A DNA stretch of 64,000 nucleotides from an uncultured Candidatus Saccharibacteria bacterium. Lineage in GTDB: Bacteria > Patescibacteriota > Saccharimonadia > Saccharimonadales > JAGQNK01. The stretch is from NCBI GenBank assembly GCA_964636355.1, contig CAZWRG010000003.1, positions 793 through 64,792 of the forward strand, read 5' to 3'. The translations under genes were made by a program, and so were the position numbers. The first letter of the stretch is position 1, and each line of letters opens with the position of its first letter. Below, in pieces: positions 52,715 to 62,315 of this stretch. Under the pieces are notes generated by a model. That model did no database searches. It had not been told where the DNA came from and was given only the letters and a program-made list of their open reading frames with translations.

Positions 52715-53935
52715 TTAGCTGCTAAAAAAGCTCGTAAACCGTTGCCATAAAGTCGGTGAATTGCTGGGCAAAATTTCAACTTGAGTTGGGGTTTTGTTTT
52801 CTACCGAACTGGCTACGTTGGTCGATGGATTGGGGCTGATTTGCTCGCCAACTACCACCAATCGATTAATAGTTGTGCCCGGCGGGTCACAAGTAATCAA
52901 GGTTACAGTTGACTTATCACCGTGATTATTTAAAACCGACAAGTCTTTGGGGCTGACAACTTTTTTGTCAAAAACTTTGTAAACGTAGCGTTTGCCGTCT
53001 TTTTCCAGCATAAAAGTATCGCCGTTTTCCAATCTGTTAAGCAGCACAAAAGCAAATTTATATTTTCCGCGGTTTAGGATGTTATTGCTGGAGTGGCCAA
53101 ATATCGCAGCATTGCCCTTCTCTCCTGGGTTTGGAGTGGTGGCGTAATGCAACACGCCGCGCTCCAGAGCCTTTTGGACTTTATCCTCCTCTACTGACGG
53201 CTCATCGTAAACAACCGGTATTTCGACATTAATTTTAGGGATTATTATTTTAGGGTCTTTGCCCACAGAAGTGCCGTTTATGTCAGAGATTATTGGCGTG
53301 CTGCTGACTGCCCGGCTGGGTGTGATGAACGGCGCGATAATTCGCTCGTTAAAGAAACTAAATAACAAAATTGCCACCACAATAGTGCCCATTCCCAGAC
53401 CAAAAAGCATAGATTGCAGGTGCGGATTTTTGGGCTTGGCTCGCTTTTGGATTTTATTAATTAATTGCTGTTTAATCTCTGATGATGACCGGGTATCTGG
53501 TTGTGCTGTTGGCTTGGCAGGCTTTGGTTGCTGTGTGGGCTGCGGCTGATAATTGACGCCCGATTTATTGTGCTGGTCATAAAATTCTTTCCAGACGTGG
53601 TGTTTTTCTTCATCTGGTAAATTTACATAATATTCGTACCAGGCGGTTTGAATTTCAGCCAATGATTTACCAGACTTTCTAAGATCGTACATGAATTTTT
53701 GATGCTTGGTGTGGATGGTTCGTGGTTTATCATCTTGCGGTGAAGCAGATTTAGCGGTTTGCGGCGAAGCATGTTTGACGGCTTGGGGCTGAGGTTTGTT
53801 CTGCTCGGCATATAAAGAGTCAATTTTACTTCTGATAAGCTCAACCGCTTTATTATCATCATCGCCGCTCTGACCCGGCAACGGATCTACGACTTTCGGC
53901 TTCTTGGGCTGGTAGTGGTTATCTGAGTCATTCAT
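52715..53935 (-). CDS. Sortase-family transpeptidase with long N-terminal extension
   Basis: AIFGHSS (His), TLITCDP (TLxTC Cys) and NRLVVVGE (Arg), preceded by one TM. Confidence 0.8.
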   Translation of the reverse strand: MNDSDNHYQPKKPKVVDPLPGQSGDDDNKAVELIRSKIDSLYAEQNKPQPQAVKHASPQTAKSASPQDDKPRTIHTKHQKFMYDLRKSGKSLAEIQTAWYEYYVNLPDEEKHHVWKEFYDQHNKSGVNYQPQPTQQPKPAKPTAQPDTRSSSEIKQQLINKIQKRAKPKNPHLQSMLFGLGMGTIVVAILLFSFFNERIIAPFITPSRAVSSTPIISDINGTSVGKDPKIIIPKINVEIPVVYDEPSVEEDKVQKALERGVLHYATTPNPGEKGNAAIFGHSSNNILNRGKYKFAFVLLNRLENGDTFMLEKDGKRYVYKVFDKKVVSPKDLSVLNNHGDKSTVTLITCDPPGTTINRLVVVGEQISPNPSTNVASSVENKTPTQVEILPSNSPTLWQRFTSFFSS

Positions 53936-54068
53936 AATTAAAAATATATTACAGCTTATGCTAGCGGTAACAGATTAATTATATTACAATACAGCAGTCT
54001 TACCTATTTATGGGGTGAAAGACTTTAAGTAGTTTACAGCGCGCTCACGTAAACTTTTAAAAACCAAT

Positions 54069-54153
54069 GGCTCTGTGGCGGAACTGGTATACGCGTACGA
54101 CTCAAAATCGTATGGGGCAACCCGTGTCGGTTCGATCCCGACCAGAGCCACCA
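54069..54153 (+). tRNA. tRNA-Leu (anticodon CAA), class II, CCA encoded
   Basis: Acceptor GGCTCTG/CAGAGCC. Anticodon arm TACGA-CTCAAAA-TCGTA. Long variable arm. T arm GTCGG-TTCGATC-CCGAC. Confidence 0.88.
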
Positions 54154-54167
54154 TTTGAAACTGAATT

Positions 54168-54416
54168 ATGATAAAAAATAAAAACCTATTCGCAGAAGTT
54201 GCCGGCTGGTATGGCATGACGGCTATTTTGTTGGCATATGTAACGGTTAGTTTTGGGGTGATTAGCGCTGAGGGTTACATTTTCCAGCTACTTAACTTAA
54301 CCGGCGCAATTGGAATTATGATCATTTCAGCTCATAAGAACGTCAAACAATCATTGGTACTAAATATATTTTGGGCTGGCGTCGCCATCCTCGCCCTCTT
54401 CCGGATCCTATTTTAA
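54168..54416 (+). CDS. Small 3-TM membrane protein
   Basis: 82 aa with three hydrophobic helices. 14 nt after tRNA-Leu. Confidence 0.5.
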   Translation: MIKNKNLFAEVAGWYGMTAILLAYVTVSFGVISAEGYIFQLLNLTGAIGIMIISAHKNVKQSLVLNIFWAGVAILALFRILF

Positions 54417-54450
54417 ACACTCCCGCTGACTATTTGTTAATCATTATTGA

Positions 54451-55374
54451 TTAGGATATCTCATCAATTCTATCTAGCAATCGGCCAGTGCGCTTATCAA
54501 GGTTATCGGTAATTCTAGCGGTGTATCTAATACGCGGATCGAGCTCATAGTTTAGCTCATTAATTATAAGAGTTGGTATATGTCTTTCGGCGCTATTAAT
54601 ACGTAGGTTAGGGTCGATAAATAGCATGGGAGAGTCATTGCCTTGTCCAAAATCATAGCCTTTTATTTGAATAGCATAGGTTTTTTCAGGGTTCCTGCCC
54701 TCTGAGGCAGTAAAAATATCCATGTCGAAACAAAGATTCTTTTTGTCCTGACCGCTGCCAGGTTTACAGCTTCCGCCGTGGTCATCCCGGAACCTACTCT
54801 GAAGGGGCAACCACGTGTCTGATCCTATACCGCTAGTTAGTGAAAATCGCATCGCTAGACCAAGTACAGCTATCTCACCAAGTAGACCACCTATTTCTTT
54901 TGCATGATCATTATTAATCTTTGTTTCGTAGCGGTAATTGGTTGCAATTCTGTGACCGACCCCAACAAGCTGTGAGTAGGAGCGGCTTACGCTTGATTCG
55001 CTAGGTAGTCGCTGGTTTCTAATCAGACACTGAATTAGTGATAATTGTGGCAGCCTCATGGCGGCGCGGGCATGTGGTGTAGGAATCAGCCCCGGGTTTA
55101 AAGGGTCTTCCTTTTCCGGTTTTTTCTGGCAATCCTTCAGCAACCCGTCTGCTACGGTCAGCCAAGTACTAGCCATTGATGGTCTATCATCAATGGCATA
55201 ATCAATTACTATCTCAGCTGCCAGTAGGCTACCAAGAGACCCTTTGCTACTGAGCTGATTAACGACCTCAGCCCGATCAGCCCCCTCCAAATACTGATTG
55301 GCGATTGCAAGTACTTCATGTTTAGCTGGTTTGAGTCTGGGTTCAGTATACGGTCCTGATGCAATTAAAGCCAT
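54451..55374 (-). CDS. Hypothetical protein with candidate PD-(D/E)xK nuclease core
   Basis: GEIAVLGL ... CFDMDIF ... YAIQIKG gives an E ... D ... QxK arrangement with typical spacing. Helical N-terminal half. Confidence 0.4.
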   Translation of the reverse strand: MALIASGPYTEPRLKPAKHEVLAIANQYLEGADRAEVVNQLSSKGSLGSLLAAEIVIDYAIDDRPSMASTWLTVADGLLKDCQKKPEKEDPLNPGLIPTPHARAAMRLPQLSLIQCLIRNQRLPSESSVSRSYSQLVGVGHRIATNYRYETKINNDHAKEIGGLLGEIAVLGLAMRFSLTSGIGSDTWLPLQSRFRDDHGGSCKPGSGQDKKNLCFDMDIFTASEGRNPEKTYAIQIKGYDFGQGNDSPMLFIDPNLRINSAERHIPTLIINELNYELDPRIRYTARITDNLDKRTGRLLDRIDEIS

Positions 55375-55429
55375 AAGACAGTTATAACATGATAAGCATA
55401 AGAAATCAAAATAATCTCAAACTTAGCTT

Positions 55430-56230
55430 TTATATATCACCCCATAGGCTGGTGGTGAGGGCTTCGAGGGGTTTTTCGGGGTTTTGCATCCACCATACTG
55501 CTGCGTTTGTAGCGGTTTTAAGTCGCCAAACTTCATCGGCTGGGCTGGTTGGCGTGCTAATTATTTGGCCGCCTAAGGCAGCGTGAATAAAGCCCTGGTG
55601 ACTCGTCATGATCATCAGCGAGTGCTCCAGAGTCAGCTCCCTAAGCAGTTTTACGAATCTTAAAGTATCCATCTCAAAGGTAAAAGCCTTGGTAAATTTT
55701 AGCTGAGTGGCCAGTTTTTGCAGCTGAGCAAAACTGATGACTAGCAGTGTATTTGGCCGGTTTTTAATGCTCTCAGCCATGCCTATTAAATAGTCGGCGG
55801 CATCAGTAGTGGCCGTCAGTTGACCGGAGAATTTTAAGACAAATTTTTCAAGTAAAATAGCGGTTTCAGAATTTCTGCCCAACTCTCCGGCTAGTAAAAC
55901 TGCGTCCGACCAAGCTGCTAAATCCAGTAGCTCAGCCAGCGCTTTTTGTGAAAAACTGCCGCTTGGCGTACTGGGGGCGTATTGACCGTTTTCTAAAATT
56001 CGGCCGACGGTCTTAGACAGCGCATCAGGCAATAAAACTTTTATGTGTCCGGCGCCGGCTTTTTGCGCCAACTGATAAGCCTCGGCCGCCGCAGAAAAAC
56101 CATATAAATTACCGCCCACAATTAGCAATTTGCCGGCCGCTGATTTATGTTCCGGCCGGCTCCAAATCATGTCCGGAAATAGCGGCTGGTTGGGCTGTTG
56201 CTTACGCCAATAGGTATTTTCCATGATCAT
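55430..56230 (-). CDS. YjeF-C / ribokinase-fold-like protein (weak assignment)
   Basis: GKLLIVGGNLYGFSAAAEAYQLAQKAGAGHIKVLLP resembles the NAD(P)HX-dehydratase N-terminal pattern. The C-terminal GxGD motif was not seen. Confidence 0.35.
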   Translation of the reverse strand: MIMENTYWRKQQPNQPLFPDMIWSRPEHKSAAGKLLIVGGNLYGFSAAAEAYQLAQKAGAGHIKVLLPDALSKTVGRILENGQYAPSTPSGSFSQKALAELLDLAAWSDAVLLAGELGRNSETAILLEKFVLKFSGQLTATTDAADYLIGMAESIKNRPNTLLVISFAQLQKLATQLKFTKAFTFEMDTLRFVKLLRELTLEHSLMIMTSHQGFIHAALGGQIISTPTSPADEVWRLKTATNAAVWWMQNPEKPLEALTTSLWGDI

Positions 56231-56912
56231 TTTCCAGCTCGTAAATTACATTTTTGCGCTCAATAACGATTTTCCAGTTGTTTTTGGTGGCGATTTCATA
56301 AAGTTCCTGATTGGGGTTAAAAGCTATCGGGTTTTCTGCCAATTCAAGCATACTGGCGTCGCTTAAGCTGTCGCCAACTGCGTAGCTGTCTTTCCAGGTT
56401 AATTTATGCTTGGCTACTAATTTTTGCAGTGTTGATTTTTTGTCGTGACTGCCAACAAATTTGTTGCCAGTGAAAGCTTCGCCCAGACGCTCATATTTGG
56501 TGCCTACAGCATCATCAAAGCCATAATATTCGGCAATTTTAGAGACTAATTCATGGTGCGAGCCGGATATGGCCAGTAGCACATAACCCTTGTCTTTTAA
56601 GGTTTTTGCTAGCTCTTTAGTGTAGGTGTAGGTCTGATCTTTGTACTCTTCAATGATGTCGTTAATTAAATTATCAAAATCGGCGGTTTCGATTGTTGGC
56701 ACTGCCGCCTCGTAAATCTCGATTAATTTAGCTTCGTAGTCATGAAAAGCTTTACTGTGTTCGCGGCGCTTCCACTTCATGCGCGCCGTTTTAAGCTGGT
56801 CTTTGGCGCTCGGCCCTAGCAATCCGTTTTTGGCTAATTTATCAGCCATGACATGATAAAGTTGCCAGCGAATAAGCGTGCCATCGATGTCAAAAACCGC
56901 AAACCTAGTCAT
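56202..56912 (-). CDS. HAD-superfamily hydrolase (subfamily IB, SerB-like)
   Basis: Motif I FAVFDIDGTL, motif II LLAISGS, motif IV AVGDSLSD. Confidence 0.75.
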   Translation of the reverse strand: MTRFAVFDIDGTLIRWQLYHVMADKLAKNGLLGPSAKDQLKTARMKWKRREHSKAFHDYEAKLIEIYEAAVPTIETADFDNLINDIIEEYKDQTYTYTKELAKTLKDKGYVLLAISGSHHELVSKIAEYYGFDDAVGTKYERLGEAFTGNKFVGSHDKKSTLQKLVAKHKLTWKDSYAVGDSLSDASMLELAENPIAFNPNQELYEIATKNNWKIVIERKNVIYELENDHGKYLLA

Positions 56913-56987
56913 AAATCTATTTTAGCAATATATTGCTGACTAATAAAATTCATGTTATGTTCGTGGTCAGTAATTTAAGGAGTTTTT

Positions 56988-57638
56988 ATGGCTGGATCAA
57001 TGAAGGATACAATTTCTGTGCCTATAAAAGCGACCGTAGGCCGAGAAATTATTGCAGATACGCAAGATAATAATCGTGGCACTAGATCTGTTGAGTTTGA
57101 GGTTAGCCTACCAATTCCGACCAGAGATCACTCCCCCCATAAATATGTTGTGAGCTTTCCAAAGGATGGAGCTATTGAGGAGGTTGAAGGCTCTATTGAT
57201 GAGTTTTTTGAAGCCCGCCCAGAAGAAGCTCTAGTCTATGATCCAGTGGTTGACCATGTGGACTCAAGGTTAGAAAACGACAAGTGGTCATTGAGGGGCC
57301 ATATTAACAGACGCCTTAAGAACCATCTATGGACTGGGTATGCCTACGGCGCAATAACTGGAGCAGCTGCAGTTAGCACGGCCGTTTCTTTATCAAAGGA
57401 GCTCCATTTAGCTTCAGTGTCTAGTTTGTCTATCGGGATTCTGGCCACGGTAGTGACCTGTTCGAATGCTCGTAAGGCACACGACAACGAGACGTGGCAA
57501 GATGTGTCTATGAACAATTTAGTCGCAGAGGCTGGTAATCACGCGGTTTTTCATACAATGAGACACGCCGTGCTAAATCAAGAAGCATTACCCTCTGAAA
57601 GCGCTATGATCGACACAGAAAGTCAGACCACATCATAG
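56988..57638 (+). CDS. Hypothetical protein with two predicted TM helices
   Basis: 216-aa ORF with AAGGAG upstream. Confidence 0.45.
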   Translation: MAGSMKDTISVPIKATVGREIIADTQDNNRGTRSVEFEVSLPIPTRDHSPHKYVVSFPKDGAIEEVEGSIDEFFEARPEEALVYDPVVDHVDSRLENDKWSLRGHINRRLKNHLWTGYAYGAITGAAAVSTAVSLSKELHLASVSSLSIGILATVVTCSNARKAHDNETWQDVSMNNLVAEAGNHAVFHTMRHAVLNQEALPSESAMIDTESQTTS

Positions 57639-57659
57639 TCATTAGCTAATATTTCAAAT

Positions 57660-58217
57660 TCAGCTATGATTGTAGCCGTGTCGCTGTCTTGGGGCGATAG
57701 GCTCCTCCGGATCCTCAGGCTCATCCGGCTCCTCCGGTTCAGGCTGTTCTGGTTCCTCTGGTTTTACGGCATCCGGATCTGGCTTTGGGGTGGCAACCCT
57801 ATCATTCTCGGCTGGTTTTTTATCATCCTCCGGCTCCTCCGGTTCTGGCGGCGGATTTGGTATTTCGCGTACTAAAACCGGATCTGGGAGCTTCATCTTC
57901 TTTTGGTCAACCAGCTCCCACTTTTTGTCGTAAAGCAGGTGAATTAATTCTGTGTCGCTAAATTCATCATCGTCGCGGTCAACTTTTAAACGATACAGTT
58001 CCTGACCGTTTTCAACCACTTTAGTGGCCTTAGTGACGGCGTGACCCTGATACTCTAGCTGGGCATAAATCAGGACTTCATACGGCACGACAATATTGTC
58101 TATGGTAGCGCCGGTTAGTTCAGTCTTCGGCTCGGCATGGGCCACAGAACCAGACGTTAAGGCGACACCAGTTGCGACAAGCAGTGAAATTACAGAAATT
58201 TGCAGTAGTTTTGGCAT
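57660..58217 (-). CDS. Secreted protein with Pro/Glu-rich C-terminal tail
   Basis: Signal peptide ending VAHAEP. PEPEEPEDD-type tail. Confidence 0.55.
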   Translation of the reverse strand: MPKLLQISVISLLVATGVALTSGSVAHAEPKTELTGATIDNIVVPYEVLIYAQLEYQGHAVTKATKVVENGQELYRLKVDRDDDEFSDTELIHLLYDKKWELVDQKKMKLPDPVLVREIPNPPPEPEEPEDDKKPAENDRVATPKPDPDAVKPEEPEQPEPEEPDEPEDPEEPIAPRQRHGYNHS

Positions 58218-58357
58218 AATACCCTCCTTTAAAGTAGGTCTCTTAGGAAATATAGGACTACAAAGGAAACTATAGGTATTTCAAAAAAACTACGCCATAA
58301 AATATTTCACATAAAATCAAAATCGTTATATGAAACTGGAATTTATCTGCTTAAATT

Positions 58358-58588
58358 TTAAACTGTTGGGTGAGTTAGGCTTCGTCCCCTATCAGATGTA
58401 AGCTTTGGTACTACGCTTAGCAAGCACCATAGTGCCGAAAGTCCTACGAGGATATAAACCAGTCGGCTTAAGAAGCTTTCTTCACCAAAGATGGAGGCCA
58501 CCAGATTGAAGTCAAACGCTCCGACCAACCCCCAATTTAAGCCGCCAATTATAACTAAAACTAGTGCGGTAACGTCTGCTGCTCTCAT
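58358..58588 (-). CDS. DUF378-family small membrane protein
   Basis: IGGLNWGLVGAFDFNLV signature. Confidence 0.7.
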   Translation of the reverse strand: MRAADVTALVLVIIGGLNWGLVGAFDFNLVASIFGEESFLSRLVYILVGLSALWCLLSVVPKLTSDRGRSLTHPTV

Positions 58589-58683
58589 AGCATATCTCCT
58601 TATTTAATTAATAACTTAAATATACTAAGCAGCAACCGTTTATGAATATGAGATATCTTACAGATAAAAACCGGCGGTTGCTG

Positions 58684-59478
58684 TTATTTCAGCTCGATAC
58701 TGACCGGACAATGATCGGAACCCATTTGTTCGGGGTGAATTTCGGCTTTTTTGATCCTGTCTTTTATGGTTTCGGATACCAAGAAATAATCAATCCGCCA
58801 GCCCACATTCCGAGCCCGGGCGTTGGCAAAATGACTCCACCAGGTGTAATGCCCTTTACCGCTAACAAACATCCGAAAAGTGTCCACAAAGCCTGCCGCC
58901 AACCAGTTGTCAAAACCGCTTCTTTCTTCCGCGGTAAAGCCTTTTTTGCCGACATTGGCTTTGTCATTAGCTAGGTCATCAGGGGTGTGAGCGACGTTCA
59001 TATCGCCGCAGTAAATAACCGGCTTCTTCTTTTGAAGATCAGCGCAGTAAAGCATCATGGCCTTATCCCATTGCTGACGTAGTGGAATGCGAGTCAGGTC
59101 ATCCTTGGCATTTGGGGTGTAGGCTGTGACGACATAATAATCCTCAAACTCAGCGGCAATTACCCGCCCTTCGTCATTGCTGTGTCCGTAATTATCAAGT
59201 ATCAGCCCGCCGGCTTTAACGAACTTCTCAGGAATGTCATTGATTACGGCGATTGGTTTGATTTTGGTGAAGATAGCCGTGCCAGAGTAGCCTTTTTTGG
59301 CTTTTGATGAATTCCAATATTCTTCATACTGCGGCAAGTCAATCTCTGCCTGACCCTGTTCGGCCTTGGTTTCTTGAAGGCAAAGAATATCCGGATCATA
59401 CTTAGCGATAAATTTCTGAAATTCGCCCTTTCTAATAACCGCCCGGATGCCATTCACATTCCAGCTAAAGATTTTCAT
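58684..59478 (-). CDS. xth: Exodeoxyribonuclease III (AP endonuclease)
   Basis: MKIFSWNVNGIRA, LCLQETK, GDMNVAH and SDHCPV motifs. Confidence 0.9.
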   Translation of the reverse strand: MKIFSWNVNGIRAVIRKGEFQKFIAKYDPDILCLQETKAEQGQAEIDLPQYEEYWNSSKAKKGYSGTAIFTKIKPIAVINDIPEKFVKAGGLILDNYGHSNDEGRVIAAEFEDYYVVTAYTPNAKDDLTRIPLRQQWDKAMMLYCADLQKKKPVIYCGDMNVAHTPDDLANDKANVGKKGFTAEERSGFDNWLAAGFVDTFRMFVSGKGHYTWWSHFANARARNVGWRIDYFLVSETIKDRIKKAEIHPEQMGSDHCPVSIELK

Positions 59479-59527
59479 AATTATTTAGTATAGCGATGAG
59501 AGGGCTGTTCTGCTAGACTATGACTCA

Positions 59528-60232
59528 ATGTACAAACGAGTTTTACTGAAATTATCAGGTGAGCAATTAGCTGGAAAGTTTGAAAGCGGCATTGATCCGG
59601 AGCACGTTGCCTGGCTGGCCGAGGAAGTCAAAAAAGTTTCGGAAGCCGGAACCCAAGTTGTAATTATGGTTGGCGGTGGCAACTTTCTGCGCGGCGCTCA
59701 GATTGCCGGGCACGGCATCAAGCGAGTAACCGCCGACCACATGGGTATGCTGGGCACGATGATGAACGCTTTGGCGCTGACTGATATTTTTGAGGATCAC
59801 GGTGTTAAAACCAGATGTTTGAGTACAATTTTTGCCAACCAGGTGGCAGAACCATTCGTTCACCGCTTAGCTGAAAAGCATTTAAACAAAGGCCGGGTGG
59901 TGATTGTTGGCGGCGGAAGCGGCCGGCCATTTGTAACCACAGATACCGCAGCCTTGATTTTGGCGCTGGAACTGGAGTGCGATGTAGTGCTTAAAACCAC
60001 CAAAGTTGATGGAGTTTATGACAAAGATCCGCTCAAGCATGACGATGCCGTTAAGTTTGATAACCTGACTTACCAGCAAGCTGTCCAGGACGGTGCAATA
60101 CGAGTTATGGATAAATCAGCACTAGGACTAGCCATGGAGCAAGACATGCCGCTAATTATCTTTAGTGCTGATCAAAAAGATTCGCTGGTTCGGGTGGCTG
60201 GCGGTGAAAAAATCGGCACCATCGTAACTTAG
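59528..60232 (+). CDS. pyrH: UMP kinase
   Basis: KRVLLKLSGE ... MVGGGNFLRG ... TTDTAAL ... KVDGVYDKDP. Confidence 0.9.
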   Translation: MYKRVLLKLSGEQLAGKFESGIDPEHVAWLAEEVKKVSEAGTQVVIMVGGGNFLRGAQIAGHGIKRVTADHMGMLGTMMNALALTDIFEDHGVKTRCLSTIFANQVAEPFVHRLAEKHLNKGRVVIVGGGSGRPFVTTDTAALILALELECDVVLKTTKVDGVYDKDPLKHDDAVKFDNLTYQQAVQDGAIRVMDKSALGLAMEQDMPLIIFSADQKDSLVRVAGGEKIGTIVT

Positions 60233-60239
60233 AAGCGTA

Positions 60240-60995
60240 TTATTTTAACCAATCTGGCCCGAGTTTATTATCCAGCTGCTGACAGGCTTTTTTAAACTTG
60301 TCATTTATATCTTTAGCGTAAGGATTTTCACTTAAAATTGATTGAAACAAATCCCAACTGTCGCTTCCCTGCACTCGCTTCATTTCCAGCAAATCTTTGT
60401 AGGCTAGTGTTGACATTGGGCTGTCCGGAATCTCCATAATTTGCATTACCCGGGCAATATAATGGCTAAGGCCCATGACGTAAGCCATTTCCTGGTCGTG
60501 TTGCTCGGCCGAGGAGGTAATGATCTCAAGTTTCAGATTTTTTGACAAAAAATCGTAAAAAGCCTTCCGTGTTTGTTCGTCAATTCGCACCGGACAAACC
60601 ACAATATTCTGGCCACTTAGTCCATTATTCTTGGCGATGCTCTGCGGCCCAAACAGCGGATGAGTTCCAATAATTTTGCAACTTTTTGGCAGCAGCCGGT
60701 TAAGCGCATCAAGCGGTTTTGACTTGACTGAGCAAACATCAACTACTAAAGCCTCGGGGTTAATTAAAGGTTTGTTTTTTGAGAAAAATTCTTCAAAAAA
60801 CTGAGACGGAATCGACGGAATTATAATTGGCTGGGCTAGGACTTTTTCTAGGCTTTCAAACCGGGCTCCGAATTCAGCGGGACCGGTTGTGTGGACTCGG
60901 GAGCTAATTATTATGTCGGCGTAGGGCTCTAAATATTTGGCAATAATTTTTGTGAAGTCACCATAGCCGACGATGCCAATTTTATATTTCTTCAC
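60240..60995 (-). CDS. tyrA: Prephenate dehydrogenase-like NAD-binding protein
   Basis: [12 protein letters not shown] Rossmann N-terminus. [10 protein letters not shown] motif. Confidence 0.65.
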   Translation of the reverse strand: MKKYKIGIVGYGDFTKIIAKYLEPYADIIISSRVHTTGPAEFGARFESLEKVLAQPIIIPSIPSQFFEEFFSKNKPLINPEALVVDVCSVKSKPLDALNRLLPKSCKIIGTHPLFGPQSIAKNNGLSGQNIVVCPVRIDEQTRKAFYDFLSKNLKLEIITSSAEQHDQEMAYVMGLSHYIARVMQIMEIPDSPMSTLAYKDLLEMKRVQGSDSWDLFQSILSENPYAKDINDKFKKACQQLDNKLGPDWLK

Positions 60996-61018
60996 GAGTT
61001 TGGTATTAGTTTAATGAT

Positions 61019-61108
61019 TGGCGGAGAGAGAGGGATTCGAACCCTCGAGGCGGTTGCCCGCCTACACACTTTCCAGGCGTGCCAGTTCAACCACTCCTGC
61101 ACCTCTCC
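61019..61108 (-). tRNA. tRNA-Ser (anticodon GGA), class II, CCA encoded
   Basis: Read on the minus strand: acceptor GGAGAGG/TCTCTCC, anticodon loop CTGGAAA, long variable arm, T arm GAGGG-TTCGAAT-CCCTC, then GCCA. Confidence 0.88.
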
Positions 61109-61288
61109 ACATCCCCTGAATTTTAATATAAATCTTCCCTAAAGTCTAAATAGTAGAATCTACTAAAAATCCACAGTTCCACCAAGACCAAACCGAAAAC
61201 CCTCACCGCGAACCCAAAAACCCCCAATACCCCAAACCTCAAAAACCTCAACCCTTCAACATTTAATCAATTCACCAACTCAGCAAAA

Positions 61289-61334
61289 AAACATTCTCAA
61301 AAAGTGTCCGGCCGGACACTTTTTGAGAATGTTT
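61289..61334. repeat. Perfect 46-nt palindrome (23-bp arms) in a divergent intergenic region
   Basis: AAACATTCTCAAAAAGTGTCCGG / CCGGACACTTTTTGAGAATGTTT. The core GTGTCCGNNCGGACA is shared with 36269-36310. Confidence 0.85.
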
Positions 61335-61427
61335 GCGATGAGAGTTTTGTTGTGGTTTTTGCAAAAATATTGCAATTTTTGAGATGTATCTTGCCAACAG
61401 ATGTAGTTCAGGGGTAAGATTTATATA

Positions 61428-62315
61428 ATGCCACTAATTGAGATTAACGAAGTCAGCAAACTGTACGGTTTTGGTGATGCTACCACCGTAGCTCTTGATG
61501 AGGTTTCCCTGTCTATTGAGCCGGGAGAGTTTGTGGCGGTGATGGGGCCGAGCGGTTCTGGCAAAACAACGCTAATGAACATTATTGGGCTGCTCGATCG
61601 TCCAACGCACGGTGATTATAAGCTTAATAATCGAAATGTTGAGCGCCTGAGACCTAACCGGCAGGCCAAGTTGCGGCGCGATACAATCGGTTTTGTTTTT
61701 CAATCATTCAACCTTTTGCCTAAGCTAAATGTTTTGGAAAACGTAGCACTGCCGCTGGCTTATAAGGGTACGACACAAACTCGCCGCTTAAAACGGGCGG
61801 CTGAGATGCTTGAGCGGGTCGGTTTGTCGGACAGAGAGTATTTTATGCCGCGGCATTTGAGCGGCGGCCAAGCTCAGCGGGTGGCGATTGCTCGGGCGTT
61901 GATAAACAATCCGAGCATTATTATTGCTGACGAACCCACCGGAAACTTGGATAGTGGTTCTTCCCGACTGGTCATGGAGCTGCTCAGTGATGTTCACAAG
62001 GCTGGCAACACAATTTTGCTGGTAACTCACAATCCGGAGCTTACGCGCTATGCTAACCGAGTGATTTTTATGCACGACGGCGCAATTATTGCTGACGAAA
62101 AATCAAAGATTGGCGAAGTTTTGGAGTCGGTCCGCCGCAGCATGTATTTTTTGCCGAAATCAACTGAAGAAGATGATTTAGCTGGAGTTTCGGCGTTGAT
62201 GCAAGCGATTCCCGACGATAAAGGCCCTAAAGAAGAAAAGCCCAAGCGAAAATCGCGCAAAGCTTCAAAAGCTAAAAGTAAATCAAAGGCCAAGAAACCG
62301 CGAGGTAAGTCATGA
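61428..62315 (+). CDS. ABC transporter ATP-binding protein (MacB/LolD family) with Lys-rich tail
   Basis: Walker A GPSGSGKTT, signature LSGGQAQRVAIARAL, Walker B IIIADEPT. Confidence 0.9.
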   Translation: MPLIEINEVSKLYGFGDATTVALDEVSLSIEPGEFVAVMGPSGSGKTTLMNIIGLLDRPTHGDYKLNNRNVERLRPNRQAKLRRDTIGFVFQSFNLLPKLNVLENVALPLAYKGTTQTRRLKRAAEMLERVGLSDREYFMPRHLSGGQAQRVAIARALINNPSIIIADEPTGNLDSGSSRLVMELLSDVHKAGNTILLVTHNPELTRYANRVIFMHDGAIIADEKSKIGEVLESVRRSMYFLPKSTEEDDLAGVSALMQAIPDDKGPKEEKPKRKSRKASKAKSKSKAKKPRGKS

